This document shows, piece after piece, positions 39,847 through 51,972 of a DNA stretch of 64,000 bases. The DNA is from Octopus vulgaris (lineage: Eukaryota). How positions within the stretch are numbered: the first letter of the stretch is position 1; each line of letters begins with the position of its first letter. The position numbers and the translations under genes are program-made. The notes beneath the pieces were generated by a model. The model ran no database searches and was not told the DNA's origin. It saw nothing but the letters and a program-made list of their open reading frames with translations. The stretch lies in the NCBI GenBank assembly GCA_951406725.2, contig OX597815.1, positions 181,226,001 to 181,290,000 on the forward strand. Direction: 5' to 3'.

Positions 39847-40440
39847 AGGAGGCGAGCTGGCAGAAACGTTAGCACGCCGGGCGAAATGCGTAGCCGTATT
39901 TCGTCTGTCTTTACGTTCTGAGTTCAAATTCCACCGAGGTCGACTTTGCCTTTCATCCTTTCGGGGTCGATAAATTAAATACCAGTTACGCACTAGGGTC
40001 GATATCATCGACTTAATCCGTTTGTCTGTCCGTCTTTGTCCTCTCTGTGTTTAGCTCCTTGTGGGTAGTAAAGAAATAGGTATTTCGTCCGCCGTTACGT
40101 TCTGAGTTCAAATTCCGCTGAGGTCGACTTTGCCTTTCATCTTTTCGGGGTCGATTAAATAAGTACCAGTTACGCACTGGGGTCGATATAATCGGCTTAA
40201 ACCCTTTATCTGTCCTTGTTTGTCCCCTCTATGTTTAGCCCCTCGTGGGCAATAAGGAATAAATGCTTTGTGTTATTTTGTTTGTCTTTACGTTATTAGT
40301 TCAAATTCCGCCGAGGTCGACTTTCCCTTTCATCCTTTCGGGATCGATAAATTAAGTACAAGTTAACTACTGGGATTGATGTAATCGACTGGCCCCTTAC
40401 CCCCAAAATTCGGGGCTTGTGCCTAGAGTGGAAATGAATT
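39847..40440 (+). mobile_element. SINE family A multimer (head plus three bodies) with TSD taaattacaaaaa
   Basis: Three Nin-like cores in tandem. Confidence 0.88.
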
Positions 40441-40559
40441 GTAAATTACAAAAATTAAGCAGTAACTTAAATCCAGTTTATTAAAATATTTGGAATAAAT
40501 ACAAATATGCCGCCTTTCCACTCAGACATTTTGTTTATACTGGCCAACTGTGTGTGTTT

Positions 40560-41225
40560 CATCTAGAACTATTTCGTTTCTGCTATTGTAACTATAAACC
40601 CACTCGGTTTTTCAAAGCCTGTATGCTGCACATCTTTGATTCACTCGTTTTACTTGCTTCGCCTCTTCTTGCCATCAATACTCTGATACTTGTTCTGAAT
40701 GCTACACAAATACTGCATCTACTTCACCTCACATGCATTCAGATTATTTGTAACATGATCTTTCTCTCAATGAAGAAAGCGATTTTAACAGTAAAATGAC
40801 TAAGCCGTAGCTGCGATGGCTAAAATAAACTGAAGAACGAAAGTGTTGGTATCATGTTATTTGCTCAGGCAGCATATTTACAGTAGCTTCAATAGTTAGT
40901 CATTGCATGCAGGTAATTGATATTAAAATTTGTAATTCTCTTCAAGTTGTTCAGCAGTTTCTTTCTAGGTATAAACCTCACTTGTTTGGCACCATTGACT
41001 GCTCTCAAAATTTTACCTTCATTCTCTTCTAAATATTTCATTTCCCTGAAGCCAAGTACAAAATATCATGAATCCTCTTGTATCGTTATATTTTGCAAAT
41101 CTGTTGTGTTACCATTCCTTCTAAAATATTCGAGTTATTTGAGTTGGTGTGTTGCGATTTCTCACAGTGATACTATTGCTCTCACTGCAGCAACAAATAA
41201 CTCTGTTACTACAACTGTGCTTTGA
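40560..41225 (-). pseudogene. Highly degenerate RTE-like LINE C-terminal fragment
   Basis: YLEENEGKILRAVNGAKQVRFIPRKKLLNNL resembles the post-RT region; many stops. Confidence 0.4.
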
Positions 41226-41349
41226 TTGAAGACTGATAAAATATTGGGTTGGTACATAATTGCGGTTTTTTTTTTCAACAAATTTTATTCAGCTAAAACA
41301 CTAACAACATGGTAACAAACACATCTTTAAATGATTATTACGGAGTATA

Positions 41350-41583
41350 TATTTCTTTACTGCCCACAAGGGGCTAAACATAGAGGAGACAAACAAGGAC
41401 AGACAAACGGATTAAGTCGATTATATCTACCCCAGTGCGTAACTGGTACTTAATTTATCGACCCCGAAAGGATGAAAGGCAAAGTCGACCTCGGCGGAAT
41501 TTGAACTCAGAACGTAACGGCGAACGAAATACGGCTACGCATTTCGCCGGGCGCGCTAACGTTTCTGCCAGCTCGCTGCCTTA
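41350..41583 (-). mobile_element. SINE family A
   Basis: Full-length minus copy. Confidence 0.9.
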
Positions 41584-41944
41584 GATCAGTACTACTATCT
41601 GAAGGATAATTATTTTGTTATATACAACTTGAATACAATATTTGTTTAGAAATTTACGACTTGCAAAAACGTAGTTTAAGAAATTTTAATGAAAAACATA
41701 TGCACAAACAAACACGATGATACTTAAAAACACTTCATAAAAACAGTTGAAAATTACGCCGAGAGCATCTATACAAATGTACATATAAAGGCGGAGTGCA
41801 AAAGTAGGTACACAGTAAGTGGCAGCCTGCTTGTGAAATTAACGTGCAAGTGGCTGAGCATTCCACAGACATAACGTTATATGTCCCCACATGTGTTGTA
41901 GTGTCCCCTCTATGTAAAGCCTTTATGGCTAATTCGATGAAATA

Positions 41945-42088
41945 AAGAAGCTTACTTCCCAACCACATGGTTTCGAGTTCAGTCCCACTGCGTGGCACTT
42001 TAGGCAAGTGTCTTCTACTATAGTCTCGGGCCGACCAAAGCCTTGTGAGTAGATTTGTTAGATGGAAACTGAAAGAAGCCTGCCGTAA

Positions 42089-42129
<41 letters not shown>

Positions 42130-42335
42130 CGTGCGCGCGCACCAACCATCGCTTGACAACCGATGTTGGTGTGTTTAGGTCCCCGTAACGTAGTGGTTCG
42201 GCAAAAGAGACCGATGGAATAAGTACCAGGCTTACAAAGAATAAGTCTAGGGGTCGACTTCTTCGACGAAAAGGTAGTGCTCCAGCATGGCCGCCGTGAA
42301 AATGACCGTGTAAGCTAGTAAAAGAATAAAAGAGG
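41945..42335 (+). mobile_element. SINE family B
   Basis: Family B match. Confidence 0.85.
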
Positions 42336-42409
42336 ATACATACGATGGGCTTCTTTCAGTTTCTGTCTACCAAACCCATTCACAAGTCTCTAGTCGGCTT
42401 GAAGCTATA

Positions 42410-42630
42410 CACAGACATACAGGAAGTAAATAGACACCTTTAATTTTCAAATTTTTTTTTGTAGAATTTACAATGTAATTATTCTTTTTCATTCCAGGTG
42501 CCATTATATTAAACATTTGCGAAGAGTAACAATGCTACGCACAAAAATTCAGCAGAACTGTCAGATTTTCAAAGAGTCGTATTGTTGGGCACTCTGAGGC
42601 TGGTCTTAGTCAGCGAAAAATTGCCGCAAA
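42410..42630 (+). pseudogene. 5' end of a Tc1-family transposon (HTH fragment)
   Basis: SAELSDFQ(fs)SRIVGHSEAGLSQRKIAA matches the Tc1 N-terminal ELSDF.RGRIVG..E.G.S.R.IA motif. Confidence 0.72.
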
Positions 42631-42994
42631 ACCCCCAAATTTAAATTAATTTGCTTTACGGGAAGGATTGTTTTAACGAAGTCGCGTCTTGTCCTTACTT
42701 TCGTAACTTGGAGTAGATAAAACAGGGGACAACTGATGGAGGGGATGTTCTTTATTATGCATGTCTCGTTTCTCTGTTTGCTTTTTTCGTTGTTCGAAAA
42801 AACGTTCGTTTTCTTTTTTTTATGTCCTCGTTTCTCATTTCGTCTACGTTTTCTTTGATGTCCTGTACCAATATATGCATGTATATATACATATATATGT
42901 ACGTATGTACATATATGTATGTATATATGTATACATTTATATATTATTTATATTATTATATGATTGAACGCCACGCATCCTTTTCCAAGCAAGT

Positions 42995-43031
<37 letters not shown>

Positions 43032-43290
43032 CCTTTGAGTCGAACCAGGGACAGCTGATGAAGGGGAATTTTCCTTGTATTGTTTGCCCTGTACTCTGTT
43101 TTTTCGTTGTTTTAAAAAAAGTCTGTTTCCTTGTTTGATTTTATGTTCTCGTCTCTCGTTGTGTTCTACGTTTATTTGTGGTGTTCTGTACTCATATATA
43201 TATGTATATGCTTGTATATATACATGTAAATGTAAGTATGTACATATATGTATGTATATATGCATATATTTTATTTATTTATTATATTAT
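42630..43290 (-). repeat. Two diverged family E copies
   Basis: ctgatg(a/g)agggga...gtcctgtac...gtacatatatgtatgtatatatg at 42630-43000 and 43030-43290. Confidence 0.78.
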
Positions 43291-43315
43291 ATATATATAT
43301 ATTACTACTGTAAAT

Positions 43316-43746
43316 ATGAGGGTAAGAAATTAATCTAATTACCAGTTATTAGCACACATAAACAAAAGTCATATGATATAACATATTTTTAAAAATATAA
43401 AAGTGGATAGAATATTTCTATACACAAACAGGAGGCCTCTAAAAGGATTACTTACATGCTAAAAAGGCCAGTTAAAACCTAAACCACATGTTTTCGATAC
43501 GTATTTGCAACTTCATAATTATTCATTAATTAGCGATCTCGCTGATGAGCCACACATCACAAATTAGTTTATTTAGAATTTATGACGAAACTCGAGTCCG
43601 GTATTAACTAATTCATTTTTTGTTACTTTGTTCTAGTATTATAATCGGCGTGCCTTATGACTTCTTTTTTTTTTTTCGCGGTTTAGGTTTTAACCGGGCA
43701 TTTTAGCATGTAAAGTGTCCTGACAAAGGTCTCCTCTTTGTGTATA
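43316..43746 (+). mobile_element. Fold-back element (~69-bp arms 43419-43487 / 43677-43746) enclosing a hammerhead
   Basis: Same architecture and atgagggta start as 6810-7210. Confidence 0.75.
43528..43613 (+). ncRNA. Type I hammerhead ribozyme motif, canonical core and GUC triplet
   Basis: aattag..tcg-CTGATGA-gcca...tgac-GAAA-ctcgag-TC-cgg..ctaatt. Confidence 0.72.
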
Positions 43747-43976
43747 TATTTCTTTACTACCCACAAGGGGCTAAACACAGAGGGAACAAACAAGGACAGA
43801 CAAACGGATTAAGTCGTTTACATCGATCCAGTGCGTAACTGGTACTTAATTTATCGACCCCGAAAGGATGAAAGGCAAAGTCGACCTCGGCGGAATTTGA
43901 ACTCAGAACGTAACGGCAGACGAAATACGGCTACGCATTTCGCCCGGCGTGCTAACGTTTCTGCCAGCTCGCCGAC
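43746..43976 (-). mobile_element. SINE family A
   Basis: Full-length minus copy. Confidence 0.9.
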
Positions 43977-44020
43977 ACTTTGATATTTCACACACACACA
44001 CACACACATATATATATACA

Positions 44021-44071
<51 letters not shown>

Positions 44072-44076
<5 letters not shown>

Positions 44077-44276
44077 ATCCAAACATGAAAGCACAAAAAA
44101 CACAACAACGCGAGGACGTGGAACAAATATAGTATTATTGGACGCTCAGGAAAGAAGGAAAGAAGGAGTGTTTATCGTTTCGAGCGGAGCTCTTCGTCGG
44201 AAACATAGAAAGAGGAAAGATCCAGAGAAGGGAAGACAGAGAAAAAAAAATCGCCAACGGTACACACGCGGTCAGA
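44072..44276 (-). mobile_element. Third copy of the ~215-bp hammerhead element (HHR 44170-44204)
   Basis: Plus strand gtttatcgtttcgagcggagctcttcgtcggaaac. Confidence 0.75.
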
Positions 44277-44317
44277 TTTTGAATGTATATATGTATATAT
44301 ATATACATATATGTGCA

Positions 44318-44566
44318 TTGGGTTGGTGCATAATTATTGCGGCTTTTTTTTAACAAATTTTATTCAACAAAAACAATAACAATATTTAACAAAAACATTC
44401 TTCAAATAACGGTCTGAGCGTCTGCCAAGCAAATGGGAAGCAGTAATTGAAATAGATGGTGAATATGATCCGGAATAATCATTTACAGATGTTTTTGTTA
44501 CATGTTATTGTTTTGTTTGAATAAAATTTATTGAAAAAAAGCCGCAATAATTATGCACCAACGCAA
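44318..44566 (+). mobile_element. mariner-derived MITE (partial copy at 41243-41345)
   Basis: TIRs ttgggttggtgcataattattgcggc / gccgcaataattatgcaccaacgcaa. Internal GLERLPSKWEAVIEIDGEY-like transposase C-terminus. Confidence 0.88.
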
Positions 44567-44581
44567 TATATACATATATAT

Positions 44582-44647
<66 letters not shown>

Positions 44648-44826
44648 ACAGACACACAGACACACAGACACATACACACATGTATAAAAAAGAATGCTAT
44701 ATTCTGGAACCGCCTAAGTGCGCTGTTCGAAACAAATAAAAATAAAGCAGTTCTATATTTAAGAGATGAGGAATTATTTACATTATTTACATTCGACGGA
44801 TATTTGTCCTCATCTTGTTTGTTGTT

Positions 44827-44872
44827 AACACAACGTTTCGGCTGATATACTCTCCAGCCTTCATCAGGTGTC
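44827..44872 (-). ncRNA. Minimal type I hammerhead ribozyme, intact core (mirror copy 45186-45231 has C3>G)
   Basis: Minus strand gacac-CTGATGA-a-ggctg-(10 nt)-cagcc-GAAAC-GTT-gtgtt. Confidence 0.8.
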
Positions 44873-44946
44873 TTGGGAAAATTTCGAACCTGGGTTCTCA
44901 TTCCTAAGGTATTTTTCGATGTTGTTATTATTATTATTATTATTAC

Positions 44947-45005
<59 letters not shown>

Positions 45006-45011
45006 GCCCAT

Positions 45012-45082
45012 GGGCATATGGCGTAGTGGCTAAGAGCGCAGACTACTAACCCTAAGATTCCGAGTTCGATTCCAGGCAGTGA

Positions 45083-45085
<3 letters not shown>
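45012..45085 (+). other. tRNA-derived Pol III head (pseudo-tRNA; loop CT-ACT-AA, resembles tRNA-Ile(AAT))
   Basis: A and B boxes at tRNA spacing. Acceptor and T stems are imperfect, so it is not called a functional tRNA. Confidence 0.75.
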
Positions 45086-45131
<46 letters not shown>

Positions 45132-45356
45132 AACAACATCGAAAAATACCTTCGGAATGAGAATCCAGGTTCGAGATTTCCCCAAGACACGTGATGAAGG
45201 CTGGAGGGTATATCAGCCGAAACGTTGTGTTAACAATAAACAAGATGAGGACAAATATCCATCAAATGTAAATAACGATAAAGGTTTGGTTTGATGAAGA
45301 TTTAACTGTTATTTCAAACATTTCTAATGCCTACTGATTGGCTACTTATATGCTTG

Positions 45357-45403
<47 letters not shown>

Positions 45404-45819
45404 GTGTTTTAATCTCGTAAAAATTAGAACAAATTAATTGAGTCGTTATGATGTTCAGCTTTTGACTTAAGATCTTTAATTTAAATTTTATATCTACTGC
45501 AACGTTTCGTAGTCTCATATTTTACTTTACATATCATTCGAAAATCACAGGAACCTTCTAAGATTATTACCTTTGATAAATATTCTTATTATTTTGAAAC
45601 AAAAGAGTCAGTCATCTGCTTACTGCTACAATAGCTTCGCATCTCTCGTTCATGAAATCATTATCCCTCTCGCGCGTATTTGCGTAAGAATCGAACTGGA
45701 AAACATTGGCATATTTCTTTATTATCTTAAAGCATTATTTGGATTAATCATTTTAATTATTGCAATTAAAACATTTACAATTTTTTCTTGAATTGCTCTA
45801 TTTGTTACAGCATTTGATG

Positions 45820-46405
45820 TCTACTCTAGGCACAATGCCCGAAATTTTGGGGGAGGGGGCCAGTCGCAACTGGTATTTAATTTATCGACTCCGAAAGGAT
45901 GAAAGGGAGATTCGATCTCAGCGGAATTTGAACTCAGACCTAAAAGACAGACGTAGTACCTATTTCTTTACTACCCACAAGGGGCTAAACACAAAGCGGA
46001 CAAACAAATGGATTAAGTCGATTATATCGACCCCAGTGTTTCACTGGTACTTAACTTATAAGGATGAAAGGCAAAGTCGACCTCGGCGGAATTTTAACTC
46101 AGAACGTAACGGCAGACTAAATTACTGCTAAGCATTTCGCCCAGCATGCTAACGTTTCTGCCAGCTCGCCGGCTTATTTGTTACAGCGTAATGGTTTCAA
46201 AAATTAGCACAAAGCCAGCAGTTTCGGGGTAGGGGTTAATCGATTCCATCGATCCCAGTATTCCAATGGTACTTAATTTATCGACCTTGAAAGGATGAAA
46301 GGGAGAGTCGACCTCGCTGGAATTTGAACTCACAACGTGAAGACGGGCGAAATGCCGCTAAGCATTTTACCCGGCGAGCTAATAATTCTGTTAGAGCGCT
46401 GCCTT
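45820..46405 (-). mobile_element. SINE family A cluster
   Basis: Three cores, two heads. Confidence 0.82.
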
Positions 46406-46924
46406 GTATTTGTTACACCATATTGATGTCGTTTCACTCACCAATTCCACAGTAAACAACTAATAATCGTGGCAACACGCATTATTAACCTATTTCGCGT
46501 TAACTACGAAATTAAGCAACAATGTCCTAAAATTAGGTCCGTGTTGTTATTGAAACATTCCGGATGTATAATACTCATTATAGTTTACATGAAATAATTA
46601 GCCTCATAATGTTAATTACAATATTTACTTGATAATACAACGTATTTTATGTCAACTGGAATTTCAGTTATGGCACAAATAACATCTTCATTTATGTTAG
46701 ATTTGACAAAATATTTTATCGATTTCCTCCGAGTTTTCTGTTGTGCAGCTGTTGGTTATTTTCTATCAATCCTCGTTGGCAGTCGATAGAAGGACGAACT
46801 TCAACCGTGACTGATAGAATAAGTACTAGGCTTGCAAAAAATAAGTCCTGAGGTCAATTTGTTCGACTAAAGACGGTGCTCCAGCATGGCCACAAATGTC
46901 TGAAACAAGTAAAATGATAAAAGA

Positions 46925-46978
<54 letters not shown>

Positions 46979-47290
46979 TTATGTCAGTGTTTGTCCTCCA
47001 CCATCGCTTGTCAACCGGTTTTGCATGTTTCCATCTCCGGAACATAACGGTTCAGCTAAAGAGACCGATAAAACAAGTACAGGCTTTTAAAAAATATATA
47101 TTGTGGTCACTTCGTTCGACCATAATTCTTCCAGGCGTTGCCCCAGCATGGCTGCAGTTTGATGACCGAAACAAGTAAGCGATAACGACACATTTATCGG
47201 CTGCCGATGATGACCAGTGTCGTATACATAAAATTTTTATGCATCAGAGACATGACCCATCTCCAGAAATATGAACATTGTGTATAGTTA

Positions 47291-47590
47291 CAGTAAAACC
47301 TCGCAATACGAGTGCCCCGTTGTACGAGTAATTTGCTGTACGAGCCGTGGCTCATGCAAATTTTTGTCTTGAAGTATGAGCGGAAATCCGCAGTACGAGC
47401 ACCCAAATCGTCCCATCTTTAAGGTAATTCAGTTAATAAAACCAGTTCACATGTTTCTTTTGCATTCTCTTTTTTATAATTGTCATTTTACTTGTAACTA
47501 CACCTTTTCTGGTTTAAAACCCCTAAAAAAATTTTTTTGATTGGTTTGTTGGGGCTGGAATGGATTAAGTTTTTTGCTGTTAGACGATTT
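47291..47590 (+). mobile_element. Tigger/pogo-like non-autonomous fragment
   Basis: TA|cagtaaaacctcg start with repeated tacgag sub-terminal motifs. Confidence 0.6.
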
Positions 47591-47622
47591 GTACTAATGC
47601 CAAAGAAACTTTTGATTCACAG

Positions 47623-47623
<1 letters not shown>

Positions 47624-47654
<31 letters not shown>

Positions 47655-47892
47655 TGTATGTATGTATGCATGCATGTATGTATGTATGTATGTATGTATG
47701 TATGTATGTATGTATGTATGCATGCATGCATGCATGCATGTATGTATGTATGTATGCATGCATGCATGCATGTATGTATGCATGCATGTATGTATGCATG
47801 CATGCATGCATGTATGCATGCATGCATGCATGCATGTATGCATGCATGCATGTATGCATGCATGCATGCATGCATGTATGTATGTATGTATG
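47624..47892. repeat. Compound (TATG)n/(CATG)n tetranucleotide tract
   Basis: Direct reading. Confidence 0.97.
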
Positions 47893-48124
47893 TCATTGTT
47901 CAGTTTTATTACAAGATTTCTTGCCAATAGAGAAAGAGCCGGTTTCTAACCTAGATCCATGGCTCATTCAACATCAACAACTGGATATTTTTGTTTGCGT
48001 GTACGTACGTGCATGTATGTATGTATGTATGTATGTATGTATGTATGTATGTATGTATGTATGTATGTATGTATGTATGTGTGTGCAGATTTGTATGTTT
48101 TGCTTAATGTATGTATGGACGAAC

Positions 48125-48432
48125 ATTATTACCTCTGTCTTAGCGAAGGCGGAAGTATTGTTTTCCGTCGTATTTGTTTGTTTGTCAGTGGACAAGATAT
48201 CTCAAGAACCTCTGGATGGATTCGGATGAAACTTTCAGGGATGTTTGGCCTCATGACTGGCACGAACTGAGTAGATTTGGGGATCAATCCAGTGCCAGAC
48301 GAGGTTTCTGGATTCTTTTTTTAATATTTTCTTTACTTTACATGTATATGTAAAGTTTCACATAGGTTTCTTGTACACATATACACATACACACACATTT
48401 TCAGCGTTGAACATTACCATCCCATTTCCATT

Positions 48433-48495
<63 letters not shown>

Positions 48496-49197
48496 CATAC
48501 ACACACACACACAAATATACAAAAAAACAATGCTCATTATTATATTTTGAGATTATACATACATTTCAACACTTTACAGTATACTTACACATATACATAA
48601 TTCTATACATCAATCTAAAACAACAGGATTACTAAAGGAAGACCAGAATTTCAGAAACGAGAATGCCAAAGGCTATCATGATATTTAGCGAAAGATTTTA
48701 CTTAAGATATTCTCATTTCAAAAATCCTCTCCGGTTAATCGTTGAGAGGATGTTGGTGTTGCGTTGGCGGAGGTTTGCGTTCTCTGAATGTTTTCATAAT
48801 TATTTCTATTATTTTATTATCAGCGAAGGCGGAAGTATTTTTTTTTTTTCAGTCGTGTTTTTCCGTAGACAAGATATCTCAGGAACCGCTGGATGGATTC
48901 AGATGAAACATTCAGGGATGTTTGGCCTCGTGACTGGCACAAACTGATTAGATTTTGGGATCGACCCGGTACCGGACAAGGATTCTGGATCATTTGTTAT
49001 ATTTACTTCACATGATTACGATCTTTCATTCACTTTCAAGTCTTTCTCAATTATCTCCCTTTAGGCTGTTTCCAAAGTTTCCGTTTCTCTATTTTACTCG
49101 CGTCTCTATCTTAAAAGAAACTGATAGATAAAAAAATCAAACTACATAAACAAACGGCAGCAAAACCGTTCAGAAATTAAATAACACTAACATGCTT

Positions 49198-49273
<76 letters not shown>

Positions 49274-49470
49274 TATACATACATATTAACACTTTACAGT
49301 ATACTTACATATATACATACATCCATACATCGATATAAAACAGCAGGAATACTAAAGGAAGGCAGAATTTAAGAGAAGAGAAAACCAAAAGGTCTCATGC
49401 TATTTCAGATATTCTCATTTTAAAAATCATCTCGGACCAATCGTTGAGAGGACGTTCGTGTTGCCTTGGA
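48125..49470 (+). mobile_element. Two head-to-tail HINE-like copies of the 194-937 family
   Basis: Starts at ~48125 and ~48815 (gcgaaggcggaagtatt). The first ends ttggcggaggtttgcgttctctgaatg at ~48790. A shared internal block lies at 48555 and 49273. Confidence 0.72.
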
Positions 49471-50439
49471 TCGACCTCACTGCAAAGTGAATTACTTTAT
49501 ATCACGGAAGCGACAGAGTTCATTTCTGTTCTCTCTCTCTCTCTCTCTCTCCCCATTTTTATTCCATACTTCTAACTATCTCTACTGAAGCTGACATGTA
49601 TAAAATTTAATTGAAAGCTGTGAATGTGTTGCATGTCCAACTGTCTAAATATGACTTTGTTTACTCCGTCATAGAAGTTTAATCTGCGTGGGTTTTATGA
49701 GTAAACAGAAATTCATAAGACACTGGACGCTATTTATAAACAAACCATCATTTTATTTCCGGCTTCTACGTTTACGAAAGTATCTTTAAGCTTATATTAC
49801 TGTATATATTCAGCGCAAAGTAGATTATTAATATGGTTTCAGATTTTCACATCGATCCCTAAGTTCAACTGGTACACAATTTATCATCCCCGAAAGGATG
49901 AAAGGCAAAGTCGACCTCGGCGGAATTTGAACTCAGTCTGCCGTTACGTTCTGAGTTCAAATTCCGCCGAGGTCGACTTTGCCTTTCATCCTTTCGGGGT
50001 CGATAAATAAAGTACCAGTTTCGCACTGGGGGTCGATGTAATTGACTTAATCTCTTTGGCTGTCCTTGTTTGTCCCCTCTATGTTTAGCCCCTTGTGGGC
50101 AGTAAAGAAATATATATTAATGTATATATTCAGCGCAAGGTAGATTATTAATATTTGATTTGATTTTGATTTTTCCAGTTTCAGCTAATGAGCTGTGGCC
50201 ATGCTGGGGCACCGCCAATATGGTTTCAAATTTTCACATCGATCCCAGTGTTCAACTGGTACACAATTTATCACCCCCGAAAGGATGAAATCACAAGTAA
50301 CAAAATCGCTAAGCATTTCGCCCGGCGTGCTAACGTTTCTGCCAGCTCACCGCCTTATAAATTATTAATATTACGACTTCATGTTGAACACCTTAATGCT
50401 GAATCAGAAATTTAATGAAACAATTTAATCTTTTACTTT

Positions 50440-50641
50440 ATTCTTTTACTTGTTTCAGTCATTTGACTGCGGCCATGCTGGAGCACCGCCTTTAGTCGAG
50501 CAAATCGACCCCGGAACTTATTCTTTGTAAGCCCAGTACTTATTCTATCGGTGTCTTTTGCCGAACCGCTAAGTGACGGGGACGTAAACACACCAGCATC
50601 GGTTGTCAAGCAATGCTAGGGGGACAAACACAGACATACAA

Positions 50642-50687
<46 letters not shown>

Positions 50688-50719
50688 GTGTGTGTGTATA
50701 TATATGTGTGTGTGTATAA

Positions 50720-50764
<45 letters not shown>

Positions 50765-50930
50765 TACGACAGGCTTCTTTCAGTTTCCGTCTACCAAATC
50801 CACTCACAAGGCATTGGTCGGCCCGGGGCTATAGCAGAAGACACTTGTCCAAGATGGCCACGCAGTGGGACTGAACCCGGAACCATGCGGTTGGATAGCA
50901 AGCTACTTACCACACAGCCACTCCTGCGCT
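50440..50930 (-). mobile_element. SINE family B, full length
   Basis: Family B match. Confidence 0.9.
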
Positions 50931-51194
50931 AAATTAAAATAGAAACAAGATTTATCAAAGCCCTAATTTAGAATATTCTCTTATATTTTCTCTAGATTTA
51001 TTCTTAAAGCTCCTTCGTCCGTGATCTAATAAGAGCCGGCTGATGCAAGTCTGGCTAAATTGAAAAACATTCTGACGATATTTTCTCCTCATACTTGGAC
51101 CCATTTCACATCAAATAATCATAATTTCCGCACAAGGCTACTAAACTGGAGGTGGTGCTGCGAAGCATTTCGTCTCTGACACGTTAACGATTAT

Positions 51195-51405
51195 AGGAGG
51201 AGGGGAAGAGGAGGGGAAAAGGAAAGAGGAGAAGAAGAGGAGGAGGGAGAAGGGGGAAGGTGAGAGTGAGGAGGGGGGAGAGGGGGAGAAGGGAAGAAGG
51301 AGGGGTGAGGGTGAGATGAGGTGAGGGGGAGGGGGAGGGGGAGATGAGGTAAGGGGTGAGGGGAGGGGGAGAATGAAAGAGGAGAAGAGGAGAAGGGAGG
51401 AGGAG

Positions 51406-51408
<3 letters not shown>
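51195..51408. repeat. Polypurine G-rich tract
   Basis: About 210 nt almost entirely G/A with many G3-G7 runs. Confidence 0.92.
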
Positions 51409-51447
<39 letters not shown>

Positions 51448-51448
<1 letters not shown>

Positions 51449-51662
51449 GAGGGGCTATTGAAAAGTCCCTGACTTTGAGGGCACTGCGAAAGGCTTGGTT
51501 GGAGACCCAACCTTCTGAGTTCTTTTTTACAGGGCTTAGAAAAATTGAAGAACCGTTGCAATAATTGCGAAAATCTGAGAGGGGAATATGTTGAATAAGA
51601 TCTTAACTGATCTTCCTGTATTTTCCGTTACCCAAAGCCAGGGACTTTTCAGCAGGCTCTCG
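51448..51662 (+). mobile_element. mariner-derived MITE
   Basis: TA|cgaggggctattgaaaagtccctg / cagggacttttcagcaggctctcg TIRs. Internal WLETQPSEFF..GL..L..RC..C.NLRGEYVE*. Confidence 0.85.
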
Positions 51663-51669
51663 TGTGTGC

Positions 51670-51686
51670 GTGTGAAGCCTGTCGTA

Positions 51687-51757
<71 letters not shown>

Positions 51758-51962
51758 TTGTCCCCCTAGCATTGCTTGACAACCGATGCTGGTGTGTTTA
51801 CGTCCCCGTCACTTAGCGGTTCGGCAAAAAAGAGACTGATAGAATGAGTACTGGACTTACAAAGAATAAGTCCCGGGGTCGAGTTGCACGACTAAAGGCG
51901 GTGCTCCAGCATGGCCGCAGTCAAATGACTGAAACAAGTAAAAGAGTAAAAGAGTAAAGAGT
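51670..51962 (+). mobile_element. SINE family B 3' half
   Basis: Family B body and (aagagtaa)n tail. Confidence 0.85.
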
Positions 51963-51972
51963 ATATATATAT

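Larger units (their letters stand above)
44783..45275 (+). mobile_element. Composite element: inverted HHR arm - (TTA)n - tRNA-derived head - (AAT)n - HHR arm
   Basis: 44783-45003 mirrors 45087-45275; the centre has A-box tggcgtagtgg and B-box gttcgattcc. Confidence 0.85.

Noticed and set aside
45012-45085. Functional tRNA with ACT anticodon
   Set aside because: Acceptor, anticodon and T stems are mismatched, the variable arm is short, and it is embedded in a repeat; treated as a SINE head
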